64,000 bases of DNA, taken from assembly GCA_963841015.1 (NCBI GenBank), contig CAWJAX010000003.1, forward strand, positions 32,001-96,000, given 5' to 3'. Positions within the stretch are counted from its first letter, which is position 1. Each line of letters opens with the position of its first letter. Positions 1-9,732 of this stretch are shown in pieces. The notes under the pieces are model-generated. The model saw nothing but the letters and a program-made list of their open reading frames with translations. It ran no database searches and had not been told where the DNA came from. The position numbers and the translations under genes are program-made. The DNA is from an uncultured Methanoregulaceae archaeon (GTDB lineage Archaea > Halobacteriota > Methanomicrobia > Methanomicrobiales > Methanospirillaceae).

Positions 1-49
1 CCGTCGGGTATGCCCTGAGAACGCGTTCAACAGCGCGGACCTGTGTCAT
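1..49 (-). CDS. 5' end of a gene running off the window (MTQVRAVERVLRAYPT...), possibly pirin family
   Basis: Minus-strand ATG at 49-47, open to the window edge; the N-terminus resembles pirin N-termini, but only 16 codons are visible. Confidence 0.3.
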   Translation of the reverse strand, partial: MTQVRAVERVLRAYPT

Positions 50-159
50 AATGAAGAGAACAAAGGAGTTATGGTTCATTAATATATGGATTCATTGAGA
101 ATAACCCCAAAATCCCAATCATGGTTATCAGGAAACAACTCATTACATTTCCGGTAATC

Positions 160-1011
160 ATGGGTTTGAAGGATCAGATGCGGGGTATCATCCCCGACCG
201 TGCTCTCTGCCACCTTTCTGACCATTTCGATGTCATAGGGGATATTGCCGTTCTCTCCTTGTCCCCTTACCTAGTGGGGCATGAGGGGACCATTGCCCGA
301 GCAATCATCTCGAAGCGCCGCACTATCAAAACGGTACTCAATAAAATTTCCCGGCTCAATGGGTGCAACCGCACAGCCTGCTATGAGATTCTTTCGGGAA
401 AAGAAACCTTTACTGTCCACCATGAATATGGGTCTGCGTATGAGCTCGATGTGGGTGCCGTTTTTTTCAATCCCCGGCTCGCAAGCGAACGCAAAAGGGT
501 TACTGACCAGGTACAGTCCGGTGAATGTGTTCTTATCCCCTTTTGTGGTGTGGGACCCTTCGTGATTCCGGCAGCAGCGAGGGGTGCTCGTATCATTGCC
601 GTTGAGAAGAATCCGGACGCATACCGCTCGCTTACCAGGAATATTCGGGTGAACGATGTTGAAGACCAGGTCACTGCCCTTCCAGGTGATGCCTTTGATA
701 TGTTACCTATCCCGGTTTCCCTGTTCGATCGCGCCATCATCCCGACTCCGTATGGGATGGATACGATCTTTGATGTTCTTGCATCGCGGGTAAAACCCGG
801 GGGGATGATCCATTTCTATACCTTCAAAAACCGCAACCAGGCGGATGCGCTTGTCAGGGAATTTACCAACACGGGGTTTGAAGTGGTTGTACGGCGACGG
901 TGTGGTAATGTTGCACCGGGCGTAAGCCGCTGGGTATTTGATCTGGTTAAAAAAAACGCAGGACAGGTGCAGGATGTATTCCGGAAATGTAGTGCGAAAG
1001 AATATTATTGA
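160..1011 (+). CDS. Trm5/Tyw2 (Met-10+ like) SAM-dependent tRNA methyltransferase family protein
   Basis: FDVIGDIAV, FFNPRLASER, PFCGVGPF SAM motif I, AVEKNP; ORF open from 121, likely start 160. Confidence 0.85.
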   Translation: MGLKDQMRGIIPDRALCHLSDHFDVIGDIAVLSLSPYLVGHEGTIARAIISKRRTIKTVLNKISRLNGCNRTACYEILSGKETFTVHHEYGSAYELDVGAVFFNPRLASERKRVTDQVQSGECVLIPFCGVGPFVIPAAARGARIIAVEKNPDAYRSLTRNIRVNDVEDQVTALPGDAFDMLPIPVSLFDRAIIPTPYGMDTIFDVLASRVKPGGMIHFYTFKNRNQADALVREFTNTGFEVVVRRRCGNVAPGVSRWVFDLVKKNAGQVQDVFRKCSAKEYY

Positions 1012-1166
1012 GAAGTAACGGTTACCCGGTTCAAAGAGAGAATGAAGTCCAGACAAACGTCTATCTGATTCAGCTCACTACGCCATTTGAGGAATTGCTG
1101 ACAGTTGCCATAAATGATACCACCAACGCACTCTTTATCACAGGTATCACAGGGTTTCTCTGTCAT
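1005..1166 (-). CDS. small Cys-rich protein (53 aa), putative metal-binding
   Basis: Manual translation MTEKPCDTCDKECVGGIIYGNCQQFLKWRSELNQIDVCLDFILSLNRVTVTSQ*; AT-rich TATA-like box about 26 nt upstream; below the ORF-track cutoff. Confidence 0.5.
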   Translation of the reverse strand: MTEKPCDTCDKECVGGIIYGNCQQFLKWRSELNQIDVCLDFILSLNRVTVTSQ

Positions 1167-1276
1167 CAATCTACATTTAGCCGATTATTGATTTAATATT
1201 CATGTGATTTTTCAGGTTATATCATGTAACCGCATGGTTAGCAAAAAAAGTCCTGGTACAGGCCCGCCATTGACCG

Positions 1277-3504
1277 TTAACGTTTCCACCAGCTTCGTAA
1301 GAGGAGAACTCCAATCCCAATCCCTAATACTCCCATGGTGCTGATGACAAGAGGCAGAAAAGAAAATCCAGTATTCGATTCGTCCGGTGCGGTTTTCACT
1401 GGAATATCTGGAATGACTGAAATGTTCGATTCCCATGAATTTATATCCGGAACTCATTTCCGATACCGTTGATGGAGCAGGCATATTATTGGGTAAAGCG
1501 ATGGAGGTCTCATTCCGAATAGTGATGGCAAAAAGGGAGAATTCCGGACTCTCTGCACGATACAGCGCATTACCGTTTTTCCTACCTGTCATGGTGGTAG
1601 GAAGGCATATCCAGGTTCTGTTATTGAGCATGCACAGGCTGACATTTCTCAATGACTCAGGAGGGTCAGGTATTGAAAAAAGAGGCACATCAAATTCTAT
1701 CAGTACCGATGAAATGGCCGAGTAGCGTGCAGGGATGACATCAATGTACTGGTAAACCGGCTTATCCGGCGGTGCAATACCTGATGGTAAAGAGGGAAGT
1801 ATTGTTGCGGTAACAATAATATCAGCAATATCCTGCCCGTGTACAGTGACGTGACTGATTGCGGAATTCCCTCCAACATTCACCGTCTGGCAAGCTGGCG
1901 ATCCCGCGAGCCGAAGCACAGGTGTTAATGATGGCACCGGAAGTTGGTCATCATTACTTCCTGAACCTTCAAATGCGGCTGGTGTCTGACGCATTGATGA
2001 TGTGAGGGTAGGTGCCGGGGATAAAGTGACGGTAGGTGTAGGTAAGAAGGTAAGAGTAGGTGTAGGTAAGAAAGTAAGAGTAGGTGTAGGTGAGGAGGTA
2101 AGGGTAGGGGTTGGCGACGAAGAAATTGTCGGTGTGGGTGAAGGGGTCGGCACCGTAGTTTCCGGGGGTGCGACAACCGTAATGTAATCTGAACGACCCA
2201 GATTACTTGCGACACCGAAATTCAGAACAGTCAGATTCACATTGTATGTCCCGTGTGTTTCGTATACATGAGACGGATTCCGCAAAGCGATCACGCTGGT
2301 ATTAAACCATGTGCCATCGCCAAATGACCAGTTCCAACCGGCGGGAGATCCCCCCCTGGAAGTGTCTGAAAACTGCACGGTAAGCGGTGCAGTACCATTC
2401 TGTGGTGAAGCGGTAAAATTCAGCAGCAACGGGGGAATGCCAATGGCATATTTGAGGTTACCATTCCCTCCGTCACGGTAACTTATCCGTGGAATCCCTT
2501 CACTATTTAGCGCAAGTGATGAATACTCTCCAACATTCACCGCAGTATCAACGGTTTCGGTTGTCCAGATCGAGCCTGTTTTTGTTGCATATTTCAGACG
2601 ACCATTGGTCTCATCGAAATAACTGATATGGGGATTTCCCGAACTGTCGAGTGCTAGTGAGGTGAACTTCCCGGCCCTTCCGGGGGCGTCTACAATCTCT
2701 TTTATCCATGAGCTTCCTTTTTTTGTCGCATACTTCAGATCCCAGTTCGTGAAATCGTAATAACTGATGTGTGGATTTCCCGTATCATCAAGTGCGATCG
2801 ATGTATAATAACCGACATTTCCGGTACTGTCTACGGTCTGATTGGTCCAGTTCCCCCCGCTCTTTACTGCATATTTCAGATCCCCTTTTGTGCCATCATA
2901 ATAACTGATGTGCGGATTACCGCTGCTATCCAGTGCAAGAGATGAGTAGGCACCAACATTCCCCGCATTGTCCACAGTTTCATGGTTCCATATACCCCCG
3001 CTCTTTGCGGTATATTTCAGTTTCGCATTGATAAGATCCTGGTAACAGATCCGCGGATTTCCTGATCCATCGAGCGCAAGTGACGTATATCTCCCGACAC
3101 CTCCGCTATCTACCACTACGGTGCTCCAGCTGGTTCCGGTTTTCATTGCAAAGGACAGATTTCCACGGTTCCCATCGTAGTAACTTATCAGGGGATGGAA
3201 AGATGCATCAAGTTTCAATGAGGAAAACTCCCCCACAGCGTTGGTTGAATCCGCGGTTTCATTGATCCACTGCCCATTATCTCTGGTTGCATATTTCAAA
3301 TGACGGTTCGTCCAGTCCAGATAGACTTATACGGGGGTTTCCCGAATTATCAAGTGCAAGTGATGTATACCATCCTACGTTCCCCGGGCTGTCAACCGTT
3401 TCAGTTGTCCAGTCCAACGCGGTCACCGGGGATACCAGTACCAGGAAAAATATTGTTTTTACTGCAACGATAATAATCGTCGGTACAGGATTTTTAACTC
3501 TCAT
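1277..3504 (-). CDS. cell-surface protein: signal peptide, ~47-aa beta-propeller-like repeats, PKD domain, Pro/Thr linker, PGF-pre-PGF-like domain, C-terminal TM anchor (two frameshifts)
   Basis: Repeats ETVDxxGNVGxYSSLALDSSGNPHISYYD..LKYA; PKD FTASPQNGTAPLTVQF..WSFGDG; ORF 3277-3585 joins 1212-3299 by a shift near 3325; a second shift near 1430 restores ...GFSFLPLVISTMGVLGIGIGVLLLRSWWKR* (stop 1277-1279). Confidence 0.8.
2005..2155 (-). repeat. 24-bp period tandem repeat encoding the (PTPTLTxx)n linker
   Basis: gtaggtgtaggtaagaaggtaaga-like units repeated. Confidence 0.8.
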
Positions 3505-3915
3505 GGAGATCTGATTACCCATTACCGGATATCGGGCACGGTGCTTACCCTTGTGTACAAAAAATCTATTCTTCAAAATACTCATTAAGCCACCACCCGG
3601 ATTTGCATAGTCTGGGTGATGCAGGAATCAATCAGGATGTTCTCGCTGATAAATAAGGCCGATTTGGCAGCAGAGCACCTTTATAGCGATTACCCTGATG
3701 TTTTATAAATATTGTTAAAAACATCCGGAGGTATTTTTGTTTTAAAAAGTAACAGCAGGCAACTAACCAGACCTCTTTTGGGAGGATAAGATCTCCTCGT
3801 ATTCCACAATAAATGAATACGCCCTGAAAAGTCTGATTTTTGGAAGGTCAGGGAATGAAAGGTTATAGGGAGAAGGAACCTCGGATTCCTTTTTCGCAAC
3901 GGATAAAAAATTGGG

Positions 3916-4506
3916 TTATACCGGAAAAATCCGGTTGCCATACACCTCGTTGATGACCTGCCCCATACCCATGTAGAGTGCAAGACCGCCCGCTACGAGA
4001 CCAACGAGACCTCCGATGTTCAGGATCAGGGTATTTCCGGTAAGTTGTGCGGTCACCAGGAGCAAAACCAGGAGTACTACTGCCAGTAACGTAATCTGCA
4101 GTACCCGGTGCATTTTTAATGTACAGATAAAAAGCCCGGCTGCAAAAATTCCCCATACACTCAGGAAAGCAGCCAGTTCAACCGGCTGGGGTGCTTTTGC
4201 CAGATTGAGAGCCGGGAGCAGCAGTAATGCAGCAAAGGAGATCCAGAAGAAACCAAAGCTGCCAAAGGTGACCATGCCAAACGTATTGTTCTTCTTCCAT
4301 TCCATGATGCCAACGATAACCTGGGCTATCCCCCCATAAAAGATTGCCATCGCAAGGATGGGGCTTCCAAGAGCGGTAAGTCCCGCATTGTGGAGGCTCA
4401 GCAATATTGTTGTCATGCCGAATGCGCACAATCCCAGAGGTGCAGGGTTTGCTGTGTTGTCGTTCAGGAAAAGGTTATTCCTGTTTTTTTCTTCACTGAT
4501 TTCCAT
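3916..4506 (-). CDS. satP: acetate uptake transporter, SatP/GPR1/FUN34/YaaH family
   Basis: ANPAPLGLCAFGMTT signature, FYGGIAQ, NTFG..FG.FW; six TM segments. Confidence 0.9.
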   Translation of the reverse strand: MEISEEKNRNNLFLNDNTANPAPLGLCAFGMTTILLSLHNAGLTALGSPILAMAIFYGGIAQVIVGIMEWKKNNTFGMVTFGSFGFFWISFAALLLLPALNLAKAPQPVELAAFLSVWGIFAAGLFICTLKMHRVLQITLLAVVLLVLLLVTAQLTGNTLILNIGGLVGLVAGGLALYMGMGQVINEVYGNRIFPV

Positions 4507-4576
4507 GATAACCTCATTTGTGTTTTAAAAACTGGTGCAGAAAAACACCCGCACATCCATGAAATGCTGTTCAATC

Positions 4577-4603
4577 GCACCAACCCGTTAAGGTTGTGGT
4601 GCA
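4577..4603. promoter_or_regulatory. GCACCA-N14-TGGTGCA palindrome, candidate operator upstream of satP
   Basis: Same half-sites and spacing as 19764-19791 upstream of the acyl-CoA synthetase; extra half-sites at 4533-4539 and 4650-4656. Confidence 0.55.
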
Positions 4604-4847
4604 CATTATTAAACAATTTGCATCATATGTGCATGGACCTTCATAAAAATGCACCACAATTGAATAGTAGCCTTACCCCACATGCACCCCAGGAGAAGTT
4701 TCCTTTGTACAAGGAATGATTTTAGAGATTCTGCGGTGAATTACATCGGGTCATGTCTGGTTTGTGAGAACTGTTTTTTAAAAAAAAATCTGCAGAGTAT
4801 TATCAAAAAAAAGAAAAGATCTCGAACTCACCCAAATTTCCGACTCT

Positions 4848-5072
4848 CTAATCCTCAAAGAGTGGCTGGTCTTCACTGTCTTTTTCATAAAAGAACATTT
4901 TATCTATCGGGACTTTGAACAACCCGGAAATCCGGAATGCAAGTTCAAGCGATGGATCATATTTTTCTTTCTCAATAGCAAGGATCGTCTGCCGTGTTAC
5001 CCCAAGCTGGTCAGCAAGTGCTTCCTGGGTGAGGTTGCGCAATGCCCGGTAAACTTTAATCCTGTTTTTCAT
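4848..5072 (-). CDS. XRE/HTH_3 transcriptional regulator
   Basis: MKNRIKVYRA..LTQEALADQLGVTRQTILAIEKEKYDPSLELAFRI. Confidence 0.9.
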   Translation of the reverse strand: MKNRIKVYRALRNLTQEALADQLGVTRQTILAIEKEKYDPSLELAFRISGLFKVPIDKMFFYEKDSEDQPLFED

Positions 5073-5315
5073 TTTTGGTGTAATCCGGTTTTATTCAAAG
5101 GGAAATACCAAGCAACATTGGCAGCGAGATTAATAGTCAGCAGGTGATGCCAGATTGAGAACAGGATCAGACAAACGAGGTTAAAGGTAAGGGAGAGGTT
5201 TTTTATCACAAGGGACTCTCTATCTGCACAGTTCATTACCCCTTCCTGCAGTACCGGGAACAGGATGAATACTGACACAATCATGCTATTTGTCTGCATG
5301 GCAATGTCCCTGGGA

Positions 5316-5630
5316 TCAAAGGGCATACATAACGATGATGGCCATGGTTACCGAAACGATCATCGCTATCCAGAGGCCCGGATGACCGATTGCCATATCC
5401 GCCCTTCGTCTTGTAACAAGAGGATAGGATGTTGCAAGCCCTCCTAATATACAGACGTAGAGGATCAGATCCCTGGTGAGCTGCTCTGTTGGAATGTTGA
5501 GAATATTTTTGAGAGCAATTACGAGGGCAAGAAGGCACGCGCCTGCAGTAAGCACAACCAGTGTCTGATTATCCCGCCATTCGGTGGAATGATCTGAATG
5601 GGTTAGTTTTCCATATTCAATTCGATCCAT
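5316..5630 (-). CDS. small membrane protein (3 TM) upstream of the XRE regulator
   Basis: Three hydrophobic segments; same strand as the HTH gene. Confidence 0.55.
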   Translation of the reverse strand: MDRIEYGKLTHSDHSTEWRDNQTLVVLTAGACLLALVIALKNILNIPTEQLTRDLILYVCILGGLATSYPLVTRRRADMAIGHPGLWIAMIVSVTMAIIVMYAL

Positions 5631-5652
5631 AACTGTTCAACTTCTAATACTT

Positions 5653-5674
5653 AATGTAAGTTATATTTTACATT
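5653..5674. promoter_or_regulatory. AATGTAA-N8-TTACATT inverted repeat, candidate XRE autoregulatory operator
   Basis: Perfect 7-bp arms in the AT-rich promoter region of the membrane protein/XRE unit. Confidence 0.45.
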
Positions 5675-5986
5675 TTAGAATATAAAGTTTACTTTTTGTT
5701 GGATTTATTTTCCTATTGAAATGTGTAAGACAATCAAAAAAATGGTACGATTCCGGCATTATTCCTCTACCGGTTGTCCTATCAGGAGGAATAGCGCATG
5801 ACTGTGAGCATATCCATAAACATATCGAACACCAGGATTTTTTTGCGTTCACTGATCTTACCCGTCAGCATTTTTCTTATCGATGATGCGGAAAGACCCG
5901 TGCAGACATTGTACCAGAGCACCGCACTCAATTCGTTTGGATAGCATGATATCCCAGTAAGAAAAAACTCGTATATCAAGAGGCGT

Positions 5987-7909
5987 ATGGAGCAAAAAAA
6001 CGTACGAGTCGGTCTCATCCAGATGGCAGTTGGTCCGGATCCGAACGAGAATCTCAAAAAAGCATTATCGAAGGTTGAGCTTGCGGCAGAAAAGGGATCA
6101 CAGATAATCTGTCTGCCAGAACTTTTCCGGACGCGTTACTTCCCCCAGGGAATTGGCGTGAATGCTTCACCCCTCGCAGAAACGATTCCCGGAGATTCAA
6201 CCCGGGTATTTTCTGAGATTGCACGCCGGAACAATGTTGTCATTATCGTCCCGATCTTTGAACAGTCATCAGATGGGAGATACTACAACACTGCAGTTGT
6301 CATCGATGCTGACGGGACACTCCATACCTCATATCACAAAGTCCATATCCCGCAGGACCCCGGTTTCTTTGAAAAAGGGTACTTCTATCCCGGGGACGGG
6401 TATCACGTTCATACTACACGGTACGGGCGCATAGCGGTGCTTATCTGCTATGACCAGTGGTTTCCTGAAGCAGCTCGCTGTGTTGCTCTTGAAGGAGCCC
6501 AGATCATTTTTTATCCGACGGCAATCGGGCATCCCACCAGCGAAGAACCTGCAGAAGGTAACTGGCACGAAGCATGGGCACTTATCCAGCGGGGCCATGC
6601 TGTTGCAAACAGTGTCCATGTTGCGGCGATAAACCGGGTTGGCAAGGAAGCGGATATAAAATTTTTCGGGGGTTCGTTTATCTGCGATGCATTTGGCAAG
6701 ATCATCGTGCAGGGTGGAGATACGGAAGAAACGCTGATTGCCACGCTCGACTTATCAATGAACCATGCAGTCAGGGAATCCTGGGGTTTCTTCCGGAACC
6801 GTCGCCCGGACACGTATGGTCTGACCTGCACCCTGTTCCCGGGAAATGATGGGGTATTTCCGGAAATCCGTCCTGGCGATACACCAAGAAACCGGGGGTT
6901 CCATATGCCGGCTGAATGGGAACCCCATGATGCAGTATGGCTCTCGTGGCCGCATAACAAGACTACCTTCCCAAAACTCTCTGCAGTCGAAGAGGCGTTT
7001 TTTGAGTTTGTTACTGCAATTCACCCATCTGAACGGATTGAGCTGTTTATTCCCACTGCAGCTGTGCACCGAAGAGTCAAAACCCGGCTCAGGGAAAGCC
7101 AGATCGATCTTTCATTTGTTAAACTTCATACAACTGAGTTCTCGGATGTCTGGATTCGGGATTATGGCCCTACGTTTGTTATCAACCGTGCATTGAAGCG
7201 GTCTGCGATAGTACGATGGAATTTCAATGCCTGGGGCGGGAAATATGAAGATCAGGTCAGCGATGGCAGGATTCCCACCCTCATGAACCGCTGGTTAGAG
7301 CTTCCCCAGTTCGCTCCTGGCATCGTTCTCGAAGGAGGATCGATTGATGTCAATGGAAGAGGAACGGTGCTGACCACCCGCTCCTGCCTGTTAAATCCGA
7401 ACCGGAACCCTTCGTTATCTTCTGATACAATTGAGGAGTTCTTAAAAGAATATCTCGGGATTGTAAAGGTGATCTGGCTGAATGACGGGATCGTGGGTGA
7501 CGATACGGATGGTCATATTGATGATATTGCACGTTTTGTCGCCCCGGCAACAGTTGTATGTGCGTACGAAAACGATACTGCGGATGCAAATTACCGGGCC
7601 CTGCACGAAAATTATGAAATCCTCAAACAATCAAGCAATCAGGACGGAACACCTCTCACGGTCGTGAAACTCCCAATGCCGTCAAAAATCGCTGATGGGG
7701 ATGAGCGGTACCCGGCAAGCTACACAAATTTCTATATAGGAAATACTGTAGTAATCGTACCGGTTTTTAAAGACCCGAATGATACCGAGGCGTTGCGGAT
7801 TTTGCAGGGTCTTTTCCCCGGCCGCAAGGTAATCGGGATTGATGCCCGTGCAATGGTTGAAGGATTCGGTACGTTCCATTGTGCCACACAGCAGCAGCCA
7901 CGGGTTTAA
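5987..7909 (+). CDS. fusion of N-carbamoylputrescine amidase (nitrilase fold, AguB-like) and agmatine deiminase (AguA-like)
   Basis: N-half LPELF / YHKVHIP / ICYDQWFPE nitrilase triad; C-half MPAEWEPH, WIRDYGP, LEGGSIDVNG, DTDGHID, GTFHCATQQQP. Confidence 0.9.
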   Translation: MEQKNVRVGLIQMAVGPDPNENLKKALSKVELAAEKGSQIICLPELFRTRYFPQGIGVNASPLAETIPGDSTRVFSEIARRNNVVIIVPIFEQSSDGRYYNTAVVIDADGTLHTSYHKVHIPQDPGFFEKGYFYPGDGYHVHTTRYGRIAVLICYDQWFPEAARCVALEGAQIIFYPTAIGHPTSEEPAEGNWHEAWALIQRGHAVANSVHVAAINRVGKEADIKFFGGSFICDAFGKIIVQGGDTEETLIATLDLSMNHAVRESWGFFRNRRPDTYGLTCTLFPGNDGVFPEIRPGDTPRNRGFHMPAEWEPHDAVWLSWPHNKTTFPKLSAVEEAFFEFVTAIHPSERIELFIPTAAVHRRVKTRLRESQIDLSFVKLHTTEFSDVWIRDYGPTFVINRALKRSAIVRWNFNAWGGKYEDQVSDGRIPTLMNRWLELPQFAPGIVLEGGSIDVNGRGTVLTTRSCLLNPNRNPSLSSDTIEEFLKEYLGIVKVIWLNDGIVGDDTDGHIDDIARFVAPATVVCAYENDTADANYRALHENYEILKQSSNQDGTPLTVVKLPMPSKIADGDERYPASYTNFYIGNTVVIVPVFKDPNDTEALRILQGLFPGRKVIGIDARAMVEGFGTFHCATQQQPRV

Positions 7910-8119
7910 GTGTCAGGAATACCCCTCGTCTTACCCTGTCTGATGGTTTCTGGTGTGCCCTGATGAGGTCGATCGGCCGCCCTCTTTTGGACACCGCTTA
8001 TCAGGATTACACGATCCTTTTCCTGATCGCAGACATTTTTTAAGGATCTTACAACCAGGGTGGGAAAACTCTTATATCCTGACCGGACAATGGTCGGGTG
8101 ATCAAAGAGGAGATGAATC

Positions 8120-8521
8120 ATGCCGGAATGTACCTGTATGAGCATAACCCCGATACAGGAAGAAAAACTGAAAATTGCTGTCGAGAACACCTGCGAACTC
8201 TGCCATGATTATTTTTCTACACTGTTTCTTGAAATCCATAGCATCTCCCGGCACCCGACAAAGGAGATGAAACATGACCTGTCAACACGAATCCTGATAG
8301 TCTGCCAGATGTGTCACGCCCATATTCACCAGCTCCCGGTATCGATTGGAAAGCAGCGGGCATTGGTGAAACACCGTTCATTTTATATCCGAAGGGATAT
8401 TCGAAGAATCCTGGGATACGTACCAAAACCCTACCGGGCTCCGGATGACATTAATCTGTATGTGGTCTATGAAGAATACTTTGGCCGTGGTTCTCCGGGA
8501 TCGTATCGCCTGAGCGGGTAA
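8120..8521 (+). CDS. HNH-like zinc-finger protein, catalytic residues apparently degenerate
   Basis: CELC...LEIHSI...RILIVCQMCHAHIH; GAGGAG upstream. Confidence 0.65.
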   Translation: MPECTCMSITPIQEEKLKIAVENTCELCHDYFSTLFLEIHSISRHPTKEMKHDLSTRILIVCQMCHAHIHQLPVSIGKQRALVKHRSFYIRRDIRRILGYVPKPYRAPDDINLYVVYEEYFGRGSPGSYRLSG

Positions 8522-8634
8522 ATCGGTTGGTGATATTGCCTCTTGCAGGACGGATGCCCCTGGATCTTACCCCCCTGTCGTACCCTCTCCCTCCATGCGA
8601 TGGTTAATAAGATCCGGGGCACAGTTATCCGGTA

Positions 8635-9330
8635 ATGAACTCAAAAAATCTTGCTATCCTCGTGATTGGGGTTATTATCCTCATTGTAGCTGTATTTTTC
8701 CTCATTGGCGGAACAGGAAGCCGATCCATCCCACCCCCGGGGGGTCCTAATGCACTCCCTGCTGTTGAAGTGAGGGCGTACCAGGGCAGCGATCTCTCTT
8801 CAATGAATGATTTCCGTGAAAATTCTATCCGGGGTCCCCAGTATGTCAACACATCCGAGTACCGGCTCACGGTGACCGGTCTGACGAACAAAACCGATGT
8901 ATACACCTATCAGGAAATTCTTTCCGGATACCCCCATTATACCAAGGCAGTCACACTCTTCTGCGTGGAAGGCTGGGATGCAACGATCCTCTGGGAGGGT
9001 GTGCTGGTCCGCGACCTGATCCAGGAAGCGGGCATCGATCCCCGTGCAAATACCGTGATATTCACGGCACATGATGGTTATACAACATCCTTCCCGCTGG
9101 ATTACCTGATGAACCATGATATTATCATGGCCTATAAAATGAACAATGTCACACTCCCTGCCGAACGAGGCTATCCTTTCCAGCTGGTAGCACAAGACAA
9201 ATGGGGATACAAATGGATCAAGTGGATCGAAAAGATTCAGTTAACTGATGACCCGGGTTACCGGGGCTACTGGGAGCAGCGGGGATATTCCAATATTGGG
9301 GACCTGGACAAGAATTTTTTCTCGAATTAA
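8635..9330 (+). CDS. membrane-anchored molybdopterin-dependent oxidoreductase (sulfite oxidase/MsrP-like catalytic domain)
   Basis: N-terminal TM; LFCVEGW Moco Cys; GYTTSFPL, LPAERGYPFQLV, WGYKWIKW, GYWEQRGY. Confidence 0.85.
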   Translation: MNSKNLAILVIGVIILIVAVFFLIGGTGSRSIPPPGGPNALPAVEVRAYQGSDLSSMNDFRENSIRGPQYVNTSEYRLTVTGLTNKTDVYTYQEILSGYPHYTKAVTLFCVEGWDATILWEGVLVRDLIQEAGIDPRANTVIFTAHDGYTTSFPLDYLMNHDIIMAYKMNNVTLPAERGYPFQLVAQDKWGYKWIKWIEKIQLTDDPGYRGYWEQRGYSNIGDLDKNFFSN

Positions 9331-9376
9331 AAAAATTCTTTTTAGAAGGAGTGAGCATCTTTTTTTTGATTGAGCA

Positions 9377-9646
9377 TCAGTTCGTCTCTGGTGCCCTGGA
9401 AATGATTTTTCTTGTCATTGTTATGATCCATGCACGGTTTAAAAACAGGTGCGCAGCAACAAAAAAACCCAGTGCGAGACCGGCCCAGTCGTGGATATCA
9501 CTCATCAATGCGATTGGAAGTACGAGATCGACGAGACCGAACATTCGCATGAGGTGGGTGAACTTGAAGAACCCGGTGATAAAACTAACCAGAAAAGCAA
9601 TTCCCATCCCGAGATCTAAGCACCATTTGACAACTTGTCCGTTCAT
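9377..9646 (-). CDS. DUF4405-like small membrane protein
   Basis: SFITG, IHDWAG...AAHLFLN; two TM helices with paired His. Confidence 0.7.
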   Translation of the reverse strand: MNGQVVKWCLDLGMGIAFLVSFITGFFKFTHLMRMFGLVDLVLPIALMSDIHDWAGLALGFFVAAHLFLNRAWIITMTRKIISRAPETN

Positions 9647-9732
9647 GACTACCTCATCCCTTTGTGATGTCCCTGCCTGTATTTAAGATGATGGAACACA
9701 GGTAACCTGAGCCGGAGTCAGTAATTACCTCC

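Noticed and set aside
2005-3420. Periodic repeats as a possible CRISPR array
   Set aside because: They are in-frame protein repeats (PT linker, propeller blades) with no unique spacers and no cas genes
7960-7985. CTGATGAG followed by a short stem, resembling a hammerhead ribozyme core
   Set aside because: The required GAAA after stem II is absent (GCCC instead)
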